Source of the DNA: Nitrospinota bacterium
GTDB taxonomy: Bacteria; UBA8248
Direction of reading: 5' to 3'
Length of the DNA: 20,873 nt
Assembly (NCBI GenBank): GCA_046581755.1
Contig: JAYGFR010000100.1
Coordinates: 1 to 20,873, forward strand
This document shows, piece after piece, positions 8,607-17,599 of this stretch; the stretch's first letter is position 1; each line of letters begins with the position of its first letter. The translations under genes and the position numbers were made by a program. The notes under the pieces were generated by a model. The model did no database searches. It was not told the DNA's origin and saw nothing but the letters and a program-made list of their open reading frames with translations.

Positions 8607-9746
8607 TTAAATCAATTTGATTTCGGCATCCAGGGCATTGGCCCCTTTGAGCGCCTGCAGGATGGCGATCAAGTCCCGCGGCGAGACCCCAATCGCATTG
8701 AGGCCCCGAACGACATCTCCGATGCTGACGGTTTTCTGCAAAACGACCAGGCTCCGTTTCTCCTGCGTCACCGTGATCTCCGTTTTCGGGATGATCTGGG
8801 TCTGCGCCGAATCCGGCGCAAATGCCTCGGGCTGAGAGACCAGGGAGTCTTCACGGATGACAATGTTGAGATTCCCGTGACTGATGGCCACGGTTGAGAT
8901 CCGCACGTTTTCGCCCATGACGATGGTGCCCGTCCGCTCGTTGATCACGACAATGGCCTTTCGGTCCGTTACGACCTCGATGCGCTCGATCTGGGCGATG
9001 GCCTGCACCGCGTTTTTGGCGATGCCCCGAAGGTTTATATCCACCGTCCCGGAATCCCGGGCCTGGGCCACCTGATCCCCGAAAGCGCCGTTGATCGCTG
9101 TCACGACCCGCGAGACGGTTGTAAAATCCGGACTATTGAGAGCAAGCCGGATCGCCTTCTGGCGCCAGAAATTTTGTCTGATTTCCTTCTCCACGCTCCC
9201 GCCATTCGTGATGAGTCCGACGGTGGGATGATTCCGCTGAACACCGGTCCCCGTGGCTCCGGCGAACGCGAACCCGCCTCCGAGCGAAACCGCCCCTTGC
9301 ACCACGACGTAGACCTCGCCATCCACTCCCCGAAGCGGACTCAAAAGGAGCGTTCCGCCGAGGAGGCTTTTGGCATCGCCGATGGTCGACACCGTTACAT
9401 CGACTCGCGAACCCACGCGGGCGAAAGGCGGCAAGTCGGCCGTCAGCGCCACCGCGGCCACGTTTTTCACGTTAAACGAGCTTGCGGGGGTATTGATGCC
9501 GAGTTTTTTCAGAAAGCTCGACAGCGACTGCGCCGTAAAAGACGGGTCGTTTCCATCGCCCGTCCCGTTGAGGCCGACAACGAGCCCGTAGCCGATGAGC
9601 TGGTTCGACCGGACCCCTTTGACCGTGGCGATATCCTTGAGGCGGACGGCCTTGGCGGTGCCCGAGAGGAACACCATCACCCCCAAGACAAGGGCGGAGA
9701 CAATGGCGGCCAGACGGAAGCGCCTATGCCAGCGGCAAATCTGCAT
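8607..9746 (-). CDS. flgI: Flagellar P-ring protein FlgI
   Basis: Signal peptide ending AKA, then RLKDIA..GVRSNQLIGYGLVVGLNGTGD, KNVAAV, VINERTGTIVMG and DLIAILQALK. Confidence 0.97.
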   Translation of the reverse strand: MQICRWHRRFRLAAIVSALVLGVMVFLSGTAKAVRLKDIATVKGVRSNQLIGYGLVVGLNGTGDGNDPSFTAQSLSSFLKKLGINTPASSFNVKNVAAVALTADLPPFARVGSRVDVTVSTIGDAKSLLGGTLLLSPLRGVDGEVYVVVQGAVSLGGGFAFAGATGTGVQRNHPTVGLITNGGSVEKEIRQNFWRQKAIRLALNSPDFTTVSRVVTAINGAFGDQVAQARDSGTVDINLRGIAKNAVQAIAQIERIEVVTDRKAIVVINERTGTIVMGENVRISTVAISHGNLNIVIREDSLVSQPEAFAPDSAQTQIIPKTEITVTQEKRSLVVLQKTVSIGDVVRGLNAIGVSPRDLIAILQALKGANALDAEIKLI

Positions 9747-9760
9747 TTCCAAATTACCCT

Positions 9761-10552
9761 CTAGAACGGCCATAGTTTCGTAACAACGCGTGTCAGCCAC
9801 CCCGGCGACTGGGCTTCTTCGAGAATGCCGTCGCCCGTGTAGACGATTTTGGCATCCGCCATGAACTTGGATTGGATAGTGTTGTCCTGCGCTATGTCCT
9901 GCGGGCGGATAATTCCGCTCAACATGACGATCAGGGTCTCCTTTTGGGTCGTGAGCTCCTTTCGTCCCTCGATGAACAGATTGCCGTTCGGGAGCACTTC
10001 CACCACCTGGGCGGAAATGGTCGCGGTCAGATTGTCCGTCCGCTCGACATCCGTCTCGGCACTGTGATCGACCTTCGAAGTGGTCCGCAGGGCGTCGGAG
10101 GGGTCAAACCGCCTCGCCCGCGAACCGACGTTGGTGTTCGTCGGTTCGCCGTATCCCGGCAGGGACGGGACGGTAAAGGTCAGGTTGCTTTGCCTGTCGA
10201 TAGAGGTATCGGCTTCTTTCTTCGAGTTCGATGACTCGCTGATGAGCACCGTAATAATGTCGCCCACGCGGGAGGCGCGTTTGTCCGTGAAGAAAAACGG
10301 GCTTCGATCGCTCCAGAGGGAGCCTTTATCCCGCCCGTCCAGGGAGGCGAATACGCCCTTCTTCCCCGATTGGCCGGTTGGGCGCGCGGGCCGGGTCCGA
10401 CGAAACGACTGGACGCTCCGGAAGCGCTTGGAGCCCCGCGACACTGTCTCCCTTCCTCCGGCGGGCTGCCCGTTGCTCTCAGGTGCGCTCACCGCAATCA
10501 AGGATAAGGAAAGCAACGAACAACCTATCGAACGGATAATGATGAGTCGCAT
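9761..10552 (-). CDS. flgH: Flagellar L-ring protein FlgH
   Basis: GSLW, DKRASRVGDIITVLISE, VVEVLPNGNLFIEG, LSGIIRPQDI, ADAKIVYTG, C-terminal PGWL...WPF. The start is uncertain (ATG 10552 preferred over TTG 10579). Confidence 0.95.
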   Translation of the reverse strand: MRLIIIRSIGCSLLSLSLIAVSAPESNGQPAGGRETVSRGSKRFRSVQSFRRTRPARPTGQSGKKGVFASLDGRDKGSLWSDRSPFFFTDKRASRVGDIITVLISESSNSKKEADTSIDRQSNLTFTVPSLPGYGEPTNTNVGSRARRFDPSDALRTTSKVDHSAETDVERTDNLTATISAQVVEVLPNGNLFIEGRKELTTQKETLIVMLSGIIRPQDIAQDNTIQSKFMADAKIVYTGDGILEEAQSPGWLTRVVTKLWPF

Positions 10553-10562
10553 GGCAAGTACC

Positions 10563-11534
10563 CTAGAAAAGGACTTCAACGGAGGAAGCTCCTACGATAC
10601 GGGCGTGAACCGGCTTTTTCGAGTCGATGTTGATCACGCGGATCAAATCGCCTTTTCGTCCGGCGTCCAATGATTTTCCGATAGCCGTGATGGACAGCCC
10701 CCCACTGCGGGCGCTGATATGAACCAAATGCCCCCGCTTCACGAGATAGGGGAATTTGACATCCGACTTTCGAACCATGCTCCCCGGGCTGATCGCCCGG
10801 ATGGCAATTGCGCCATGGAACTCTGGCACGGATGTGATGGTATCCGAGGGCATGGAAGCCATGTCCTGCCGGCGAAACTCGAAATCGGCCGCCTTCAAGG
10901 TCTCCATGGCCCGGATTGGCCTGCGGGCAACCGGAACATCCATGTAAATGGCGATCTCGGCGGTTACCCAAATTCGGCGAATTTCGGATGCCCCTCGAAT
11001 GACCCTCAAAATCAAGGGGGTCCGCCCGATAAAGCGGGTGTTGGGCGGAGCCTGTACCGTCAGTTGAACATTCCCGCCGCCCGGCAGAAGAATTCTTTGC
11101 CTGGGAACGAAGATCGTTTTGATCTCGACATCCCCGTTCCGGTTGATCAGGCGGGAATTCAAAAAGCTCTGAACCGCGGAAACCATCTCTTGCTGATCCA
11201 ATATCCGGGTGCTGTTCCGCACCCGAACCACACGCGCCCCCGCCAGGGTGACGCCCTCGATTCCAGCATTCCGGATGGACTTGCCCACTGTTTCGCGGCT
11301 GATCCGGAAACTCATGCCCGAAGGAGGGGCGGAAGCCAGGAAAACATCCTCGAGTTCGCCCCTGATCCTGCGCGATACTTTCGATAAATTTGCCACCTCC
11401 GCCAGAAACACCTCGCCCTCGTTCACTTCGACGGATGGGATGAGGCGGATTTCCACTGCCCCGGAGATGGCGGGAGCAACGGCTGAAATCGCAACGAAAA
11501 TCGCCAGAATGATGCGCGGGATCAAGGTTCGCAT
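10563..11534 (-). CDS. flgA: Flagellar P-ring chaperone FlgA
   Basis: Signal peptide, SAF-like region (VPVARRPI...L...D), then LVKRG..V, G..L..G..GDLIRVINIDSKK. ATG 11534 with AAGGAG. Confidence 0.92.
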   Translation of the reverse strand: MRTLIPRIILAIFVAISAVAPAISGAVEIRLIPSVEVNEGEVFLAEVANLSKVSRRIRGELEDVFLASAPPSGMSFRISRETVGKSIRNAGIEGVTLAGARVVRVRNSTRILDQQEMVSAVQSFLNSRLINRNGDVEIKTIFVPRQRILLPGGGNVQLTVQAPPNTRFIGRTPLILRVIRGASEIRRIWVTAEIAIYMDVPVARRPIRAMETLKAADFEFRRQDMASMPSDTITSVPEFHGAIAIRAISPGSMVRKSDVKFPYLVKRGHLVHISARSGGLSITAIGKSLDAGRKGDLIRVINIDSKKPVHARIVGASSVEVLF

Positions 11535-11544
11535 TTTCAGCTCC

Positions 11545-12333
11545 TTATCGCTTGAGATCCGAAACTGTTCGAAGCATTTCATCGGCGGTCTGAACCGTGC
11601 GGCTATTGATTTCATAGGCCCGCTGGGCCTCAATCAGGGCGACGAGTTCATCGACGACCTTAACGTTGGAGTTTTCCACGAATCCCTGGGCGATGGTCCC
11701 GAACCCCTGCGTTCCGGGGGTTCCGGTCAAGGGAGCGCCCGATGCGGTGGTTTCGAGAAGCAGGTTCCGGCCCACGGAGTTCAAACCGGCTGGATTCTGG
11801 AATTTCACCAAGGTAAGGGTGCCAACGGTGGTGGGCGCCGTTGAGCCGGCATTGATGACCGACACCGTCCCGTCGGTTCCGATCGTAACGTTGAGCGCCG
11901 TCGTGGGAATCGTAACCCCCGGCGTAATGCGGAAGCCTTCGCTGGTCACGAGCTCCCCGGTGCTATTCACCTTGAAGGCGCCGGAGCGGGAATAAGCCGT
12001 TTGCCCGGTGGGCAGGGTGACCTGGAAGAAGCCGTCGCCTTCGATGGCGACATCCAGTTCGTTATCTGTCCGCTTGAATTCGCCTTCGGTGAAAATCCGC
12101 GACGTGGACGCGGGCCGGACGCCGGCTCCGATTTGAAGGCCCGTGGGAATCTGGTTTCCCTGGGCGGACGGCGCGCCCGCCGGAATAATGGTTTCGTAAA
12201 GCAGTTCCTGGAAATCGGCGCGCGATTTCTTGAAACCGATTGTGCTGACGTTCGCCAGGTTGTTCGCGATGACATCGACGTTGATCTGCTGGGCCTGCAT
12301 TCCCGTGGCCCCGGTGAACAATGCTCGTAACAA
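11545..12333 (-). CDS. flgG: Flagellar distal rod protein FlgG
   Basis: MLRALFTGATGMQAQQ..VDVIANNLANV, FQELLY, DVAIEGDGFFQV, QGFVENSNV...LIEAQRAYEINS. TTG start with GAGGAGG. Confidence 0.97.
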   Translation of the reverse strand: MLRALFTGATGMQAQQINVDVIANNLANVSTIGFKKSRADFQELLYETIIPAGAPSAQGNQIPTGLQIGAGVRPASTSRIFTEGEFKRTDNELDVAIEGDGFFQVTLPTGQTAYSRSGAFKVNSTGELVTSEGFRITPGVTIPTTALNVTIGTDGTVSVINAGSTAPTTVGTLTLVKFQNPAGLNSVGRNLLLETTASGAPLTGTPGTQGFGTIAQGFVENSNVKVVDELVALIEAQRAYEINSRTVQTADEMLRTVSDLKR

Positions 12334-12358
12334 GGCTCTTCCTCCTCAGGTGCGAAAT

Positions 12359-13126
12359 CTATTGAATCTCCTCGACTCGGCCCAGGTCGTTAACCGCCCG
12401 GTCATCGATCGAATCAAAGGTTTTGATTGTTTTCTGATAAGTCTCATACAGGCGGCCAATTTCAATTAGCTTCACCATCTCTGCGATGGCATTCACGTTG
12501 GAGCCTTCGATATATCCCTGCAAGATATCGGTCGATTCCGGCTTAAAGGTTGCCTGGCCGGGAACGACCGTGGAGAAGCTGGAAAAACCCCGCTTCTCAA
12601 GAGCATAGGGCTTGGGAAAATCGATGATTTGAACTTGCCCGACAACCTCGCCGTTCGAGTAAACCTGCCCGGTCTGGTTGATGAAGATTCCGCTATTTTG
12701 GGAGCTGGCATTCGGAACCCGGATTTCCCCGTTGTCCACGCCCAGCACGGGCCAGCCCTGATTCGCGATCATGACCCCGTCGCGGTTCAGCCCGAACTGC
12801 CCCGCTCTGGAATATCGGAGGCCGCCGGGCGACCTGAGAACGAAAAAACCATCGCCGTTCAGGGCAAGATCCAAGGGATTGTTGGTTTTTCTGAAGCTGC
12901 CCTGCTTGTAATTAATGTGGGTAAACCTCCAGGCCGACTGCTGCACGACATCATCGCCCAATGCGCTGCCCTGACCGGCCGTCTTGGAAGTTTTTTCAAT
13001 ACGAAACACGGGGACATCGGCCTTGTATCCGGGAGTATTCACCTGGGCCAGATTGTTCGCCACGATCTCGAGGCGCCGCTGCTGGAGCATCGCTGCGCCG
13101 ACGACTGCATAAGATCCTGGTTCCAT
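12359..13126 (-). CDS. flgF: Flagellar proximal rod protein FlgF
   Basis: IVANNLAQVNTPGYK, TNNPLDLALNGDGFF, YSRAGQF, QGYIEGSNVNAIAEM. It precedes flgG. ATG 13126 is chosen because the longer ORF start lies upstream of the sigma54 promoter. Confidence 0.9.
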   Translation of the reverse strand: MEPGSYAVVGAAMLQQRRLEIVANNLAQVNTPGYKADVPVFRIEKTSKTAGQGSALGDDVVQQSAWRFTHINYKQGSFRKTNNPLDLALNGDGFFVLRSPGGLRYSRAGQFGLNRDGVMIANQGWPVLGVDNGEIRVPNASSQNSGIFINQTGQVYSNGEVVGQVQIIDFPKPYALEKRGFSSFSTVVPGQATFKPESTDILQGYIEGSNVNAIAEMVKLIEIGRLYETYQKTIKTFDSIDDRAVNDLGRVEEIQ

Positions 13127-13216
13127 ACCGTTTACCCTTCCTGGAGAGGATTCCGAATAATCCGCGCTCTCGGACGGGACGCCTCCTCGGGGCCGGTCCG
13201 ATTGACTCATAGGAAG

Positions 13217-13233
13217 AGCAAGAGATGTGCCAG
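13217..13233 (-). promoter_or_regulatory. Sigma54 (-24/-12) promoter of the flgF operon
   Basis: The minus strand reads CTGGCAC-ATCTC-TTGCT, an exact TGGCAC-N5-TTGCW consensus, 90 nt upstream of the flgF ATG. Confidence 0.88.
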
Positions 13234-13281
13234 AGTTGCAGGAGGGAGAGGACTGCAATGCTAAATATTGTATGCTTTTAT

Positions 13282-13294
13282 TTTCAACATGTTA
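13282..13294. promoter_or_regulatory. Candidate IHF site in an AT-rich tract upstream of the sigma54 promoter
   Basis: TTTCAACATGTTA versus WATCAANNNNTTR (one mismatch), inside the strongly AT-rich stretch 13262-13328 and about 50 nt upstream of the -24 box. Confidence 0.5.
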
Positions 13295-13489
13295 CATGTA
13301 TTTAACGATAATTTACTTAAAACATACATGCCCCCGGAAACCGCCCATGGCACTATTTGCCGATGGATTTTTGACGCTGGAGCAGGTTTTGCCGCCCTCA
13401 TTTTCATTGGACGATTTCGGGCGCCCGGGCCGGAGTCTCCGCCCCACCCTGTTTTCCTATCGGCCCGGCCTGCGTTCCCACCGGAGGAG

Positions 13490-13792
13490 TCAGGCGGCGT
13501 TTTCCCGCTTCCATTTTTCGTTGACGAAATAGATAAAAGCCAGGATTTCCGCGATCAGGCGGTAGAGGGAGGGAGGTATCTCGGTTTCAAGCTCCAGCTT
13601 TCCCAAAAGATGCGTCAAATCCGCATCCTCGCGAATGGGGATATTGTGAATCCGCGCTAGTTCGAGAATCCGCTCGGCATCCTCCCCGATCCCCTTGGCC
13701 GTCACCCGGGGAGCGCTCTCCGCCAACGGGCGGTATTGAAGCGCAACCGCCTCCTTGGGAATAAATTCTCGAAGCTTGCGGTGTTCCTCCAT
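13490..13792 (-). CDS. FlhB C-terminal-like protein (stand-alone EscU/YscU/FlhB cytoplasmic-domain family)
   Basis: AVALQY...APRVTAKG.G..AERILELAR.HNIPIRED..L...L..LE...EIPPSLY..IAEILAFIY. Confidence 0.9.
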   Translation of the reverse strand: MEEHRKLREFIPKEAVALQYRPLAESAPRVTAKGIGEDAERILELARIHNIPIREDADLTHLLGKLELETEIPPSLYRLIAEILAFIYFVNEKWKRENAA

Positions 13793-13801
13793 GGTTTCCC
13801 C

Positions 13802-15739
13802 TCAAACTCTTAGATTAATAAAGGATTGCTCGCCCGATGGGGCCTCCGGATCCAGGGTGGGCACCAGCGGCTCCCCCTCGGGCCGGGCATGAATCCAGGA
13901 GAGCCCTTCGATGAGGAATTCCTGGCCCTCCATCGCATCGCGCAGGGCGGGAAGCTCGGCCTCGATGAACCGTCCCACCTCCTCGATTTGGGTGGTGAAC
14001 CGGGCATGAACATGCTTTCCGCGCACCCCGGCGTCCACCCGGAGCGGGCCAAGCCCCTGAAGCTCCAGCAGGAACACCACCGAATGCTGCTCGTCCTCCC
14101 CGCCGCCCGCCTGGCGGCCCTCCCCGTCCCGGCGGACGACCACATCCAACGTCCCCTTCTCGCCCCCGAACGAAAACGGGATATGGGAATAACTCCCCTG
14201 ATCGAGGATGTGGCGCAGCCCGTTCGCCGTCCGGAGGAATTCAACCGACGTGAGCGCCTGCTCGGCCTGGCCGCTGAGCTGGGACAGGGCGTTCCCCTCC
14301 GGAAGGCCGGCCTCGCGCACCGCTCTGAGGAACGATTGGAGATTTTCCCGAAGGTCCGGGGCGGCTCCCCCCCTGCCCCCGGGCGCGGCCTGATCCATCG
14401 AGGGCAACGAGCCCCCCTGCTGAATCGCCTCGCGGACCCTTCCGGGCGAAAGGCCATCCTCCTTGAGAACCGCCCGGTTCAAGGCCTCCATCAAATCCTC
14501 CGCGGCCTGGCCCGCCCCGCCCGGGACAGCCCGGTTGGCCGCGGCCAGCCCCTCGGCCAGGGAGATCAAATCGGACCCGAATCCCGAATTCCCCGCGCCT
14601 CCCGCGGGCAAATACGCGCCTCCCGCGCTCTGGGCGGCGGGCGCGAGGAGGACCAGATCGAGCAAGGGCGCCGTCCGGTTGACGAAAACGCGGACCGTGC
14701 TTCCGGCGGGAAAGGTGCTCGCCGCCTCGGGCGGCCAGGGAACCTCGGCATCGAACCCCCCGAAGCGGAGCAAGGCCGTGCGCCCGCCATCGGCCCCCGC
14801 CCTGGCGGACCCACCCGCTCTCGAAGCGCTTCCCGCCGCCGGGGCGGCTCCCGCGCCCCTGCCGGGCGCTCCTGGTATCGGAGGGCTTTGTCCCCCCGGG
14901 AATGGCTGGGGCGGATTGAGGGGATTGGGAGGAGCGCCTGACGGAGACTGTGGCCCGCCCGGAGGAAAAACCGCGCCCGTGGCCCCTGTTCCCGTGGCCC
15001 CTGGACTCCCGGCCCCGCCCGCCTGGGCCGGCATGACCCGGACAACCGTTCCCGTCAAAACCGTGCCCCGCACCGGAAGTCCGCCCGCCGCCGGGGCGGC
15101 CCGCGTCAGCGGCCCCGCCCCGAGAATCTGCATCCGGCCGGCCGGGCCGGCCAGGCCCGGGGCCGATCGGGGCCCTCCCCTTGCCAACACCCGCAGGCCG
15201 AGCGCGCCGCCCGCTGTCTGAGGCCGGATGAACAGCCGGTCTCCGCTTTTCGCCCCGCTGTCGAGCTGGAAATTCACCTGGAGCGAGCCGAGGCGCACCG
15301 GCGCCGAGCCCGGATTTTTGAAATCGAGAATCTGGCCGAGAATCGTCCCCCTCGCCTTCCCCAAAAGCGACTGGAGCCCCGCCGTCAACGGCTGGTTCCG
15401 GGCCAGGCGCACCTGCCCCGGAGCGAGCGCCTCGAAGGCATCGCCCGGCCGCCCGGACTGGGCCACGAGGCGGAGGATCTGGCCCTTGCCCTTCCCCCCG
15501 GCCTCGGCCTCGGCCGCCACCCGCTCTCCCGGCTGAAGCGGAAACGCCGCACGGATCAAGACCGTTGTGCCCTGATCGAGCGCCAAAAGAACCGCGCCCA
15601 TGGGCGAGCCCGGAGGAGCGGCCAGCACCGATGCCGAAAAGATTTGGCCCACGGGAAGCTGTGGCGTTTCCCCCGCGGGCGGCAGCGCCAGAGAGGCGGC
15701 CACGCCCGCAACGGGAACCTGGATAGGAGTATTCGGCAT
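13802..15739 (-). CDS. FliK-like hook-length-control family protein
   Basis: Low-complexity G/A/P-rich body. The C-terminal FLLELQGLGPLRVD...VHARF...IEAELPALRDAM..F resembles the FliK C-terminal domain. It is adjacent to the FlhB-like gene, a common pairing. Confidence 0.7.
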   Translation of the reverse strand: MPNTPIQVPVAGVAASLALPPAGETPQLPVGQIFSASVLAAPPGSPMGAVLLALDQGTTVLIRAAFPLQPGERVAAEAEAGGKGKGQILRLVAQSGRPGDAFEALAPGQVRLARNQPLTAGLQSLLGKARGTILGQILDFKNPGSAPVRLGSLQVNFQLDSGAKSGDRLFIRPQTAGGALGLRVLARGGPRSAPGLAGPAGRMQILGAGPLTRAAPAAGGLPVRGTVLTGTVVRVMPAQAGGAGSPGATGTGATGAVFPPGGPQSPSGAPPNPLNPPQPFPGGQSPPIPGAPGRGAGAAPAAGSASRAGGSARAGADGGRTALLRFGGFDAEVPWPPEAASTFPAGSTVRVFVNRTAPLLDLVLLAPAAQSAGGAYLPAGGAGNSGFGSDLISLAEGLAAANRAVPGGAGQAAEDLMEALNRAVLKEDGLSPGRVREAIQQGGSLPSMDQAAPGGRGGAAPDLRENLQSFLRAVREAGLPEGNALSQLSGQAEQALTSVEFLRTANGLRHILDQGSYSHIPFSFGGEKGTLDVVVRRDGEGRQAGGGEDEQHSVVFLLELQGLGPLRVDAGVRGKHVHARFTTQIEEVGRFIEAELPALRDAMEGQEFLIEGLSWIHARPEGEPLVPTLDPEAPSGEQSFINLRV

Positions 15740-15778
15740 TATGCCGCAGGTTTGCTCAGTAAAATAACGGGCGCCGGG

Positions 15779-16108
15779 CTAGACCACCACATTAATGAGC
15801 CGGCCCTGGAGATCGTTATCGTCGTGGAAGGTGGAACTCTCCCCCTCACCGGGGGCGGGTTCGGAATCGGGCTCCCGCTTGTTTTCGCTGGCCTCATACT
15901 CCTGGCCCTGGCGGCCCTCCTCGTCCACGTTGGGGTTTTCCGATTCCGCGGTTTCGTTCACGATTTCGGTCCGCATCTGCCGATCCTTGGCCGCATCTCC
16001 GGCGATCGAATGCTGCGCATTCACACCGGCGTTCTGAAGCTGGCTCTGCACCTTCTCCGCCGCCGTGATCTGCGGACTCGAGAGCGGAAAGCTGATCTCA
16101 ACGGCCAT
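15779..16108 (-). CDS. Small acidic hypothetical protein, probably flagellum-associated
   Basis: 109-aa ORF co-oriented with the FliK-like gene. Q-rich N-half, E-rich linker, C-terminal GRLINVVV; preceded by a sigma28-like promoter. Confidence 0.65.
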   Translation of the reverse strand: MAVEISFPLSSPQITAAEKVQSQLQNAGVNAQHSIAGDAAKDRQMRTEIVNETAESENPNVDEEGRQGQEYEASENKREPDSEPAPGEGESSTFHDDNDLQGRLINVVV

Positions 16109-16160
16109 GACCGAAACCCCCGTAAACCGGAAGGGCTGCCCTGTGCGCCCTCTTCCCTAT

Positions 16161-16187
16161 ATATCGGCGCGAAAGAGGACTCCTCAA
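16161..16187 (-). promoter_or_regulatory. Candidate sigma28 (FliA) promoter
   Basis: The minus strand reads TTGAG-N14-GCCGATAT, with a near-perfect -10 and a degenerate -35, 52 nt upstream of ATG 16108. Confidence 0.5.
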
Positions 16188-16396
16188 TTATAATATTTTG
16201 GCCCCGCCCCCTAAAGTCAAGAACATTCCGGCGAATTCCGCCCCCGGCATCTAGAACTTAGGCCCCGAAATCCATCCATGGCATTGAAATATCGATGCAT
16301 ACATGGTTTTGGGGCGAACGGAGCGCCCCCGGCCGGGGAAACGTTTGAGACAGGAAGCCCTTTTCCCCTTGTTCCGGGAGAGCTTTTTAACTTCTG

Positions 16397-16520
16397 CCCC
16401 CTCTCCCAAGACGGAGTCCCCGCCGAACATGGTTCGAGCGGGGCAAGGATGGGGAAAAGAAGTCCACCTCCACCCGCCGAACATGGCTCACAGGGGCAAG
16501 AGAGAGGGTTGGGGTGAGGG
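16397..16520. repeat. BoxC-like palindromic repeat enclosing two ~29-bp direct repeats
   Basis: CCCCCTCTCCC (16397-16407) pairs with GAGAGAGGGTTGGGGTGAGGG (16500-16520). Internal units are CCCGCCGAACATGGTTCGAGCGGGGCAAG (16419-16447) and CCCGCCGAACATGGCTCACAGGGGCAAG (16473-16500). Confidence 0.6.
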
Positions 16521-16544
16521 AAAACCGCAAATCTGCGCCCGCCC

Positions 16545-17246
16545 CTACCGCACCTCGATCATGACGACGTAGGGCGATAGCTCGCGGAATATCTCGGTCG
16601 GGGTCTGCTTTCGCTTCCGGACGCGGACCTGAACGTCAAATTTCTCCACCGCGGGCACCTGCTCCAGAATCAGGGCCGCCGCCGCCGCTTTGACGCCAAA
16701 ACGGACGCCCTCGACTCCTCTTTGCACAAGTCCCGCCAGCGCAACGCCCACGAGCTCCCCCTTTTCGTTCACGATGGGCCCCCCGCTGTTTCCAGCGTTA
16801 ATCGGCGCGGTAGTCCGGAACTGGGAGATATTGTCGCTCATCCCCGTTGTGGCGCTGATTTCGCCGGACACCATGCTTGGTTTCCGGCTCAGCCGCGTTC
16901 CGAGCGGATAGCCCAGCGCATGGATTCGCTCGCCCACCGAGACCCGCACCCCGAACCGGAAGCCGAACCCATCCGGCCTGGGCCGCATCTTTTGAAGTTC
17001 GACCACGGCAAGGTCGTTTTTTTTATCCGTGGCAACCACTCGGCCCCGGTAGCGCTCCCCGTTGGGGAAACTCACCTGGATGACCTTTGCCTTCTCGATG
17101 ACGTGGTTGTTCGTCAGAATGTGGCGGCTGTTTCTGATGTAGAACCCCGAGCTCGATGAGCGCCACTCCCCCCGCCCCAGCGGAGGCGGCGGAATTTCAA
17201 TCCTCGCCCGCCGCCCGGCCGGGCTTCCGGCTTGACAGGGAAGACA
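16545..17246 (-). pseudogene. Trypsin-like (S1C/HtrA-type) serine protease domain, 5'-truncated at the IS3 end
   Basis: The frame stays open upstream of the ORF-track GTG: SSGFYI...ILTNNHVI (His), NDLAVV (Asp), INAGNSGGP (Ser). There is no ATG/GTG/TTG upstream of the His before the IS3 terminus. Confidence 0.75.
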
Positions 17247-17275
17247 GTCGCTGCCCCCGGTAGTGATACCACTCC

Positions 17276-17599
17276 CTATGTTACCCTAGAAGCCAATGCT
17301 GGAGGGCGGAGCAGAGCGAAGCCCGGAGGCATTGGCTCTATCGTCTCAGGCGCCGGCGGCCTGTAGCCGAGTGCGCTGTGGGGCCTGATGCGGTTGTATT
17401 CATGCCTCCACCTTTCCGCCAGCACTTTCGCCTCATCGAGCGTATCGAAGAACTCTCGGTTCAATAGCTCATCCCGCATCTTCCCGATGAAGGATTCCAC
17501 ATAGCCGTTCTCCCAGGGGCTGCCCGGCTCGATGAAGAGTGTCTCCACCCCGAGGCGTGAGAGCCACCCCCTCACCCGGCGAGCAGTGAACTCAGGGCC
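17276..17599 (-). pseudogene. IS3-family transposase OrfB, 3' fragment
   Basis: GPEFTARRVRGWL...FIEPGSPWENGYVESFIGKMRDELLN...WRHEYNRIRPHSALGYRPPAP. Confidence 0.92.

Noticed and set aside
13127..13258. N-terminal extension of flgF in the ORF track
   Set aside because: It spans the sigma54 promoter, and FlgF similarity begins at Met 13126.
13348..13361. TGGCACTATTTGCC as a divergent sigma54 promoter
   Set aside because: The spacer between TGGCAC and TTGC is 3 nt rather than the required 5. It is at most a short palindrome.
13802..15739. Visibly higher GC of the FliK-like gene as a sign of horizontal transfer
   Set aside because: It is explained by the Gly/Ala/Pro-rich low-complexity protein, and the gene sits in a coherent flagellar context.
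2..16261. Many long plus-strand and alternative-frame ORFs (e.g. 703-1548, 3101-3940, 13826-14941)
   Set aside because: They are shadows of well-supported minus-strand genes in GC-rich DNA, with no recognisable motifs.
16419..16500. Two ~29-bp hairpin repeats as a mini CRISPR array
   Set aside because: There are only two divergent units, a 25-nt purine-rich spacer and no cas genes in the window.
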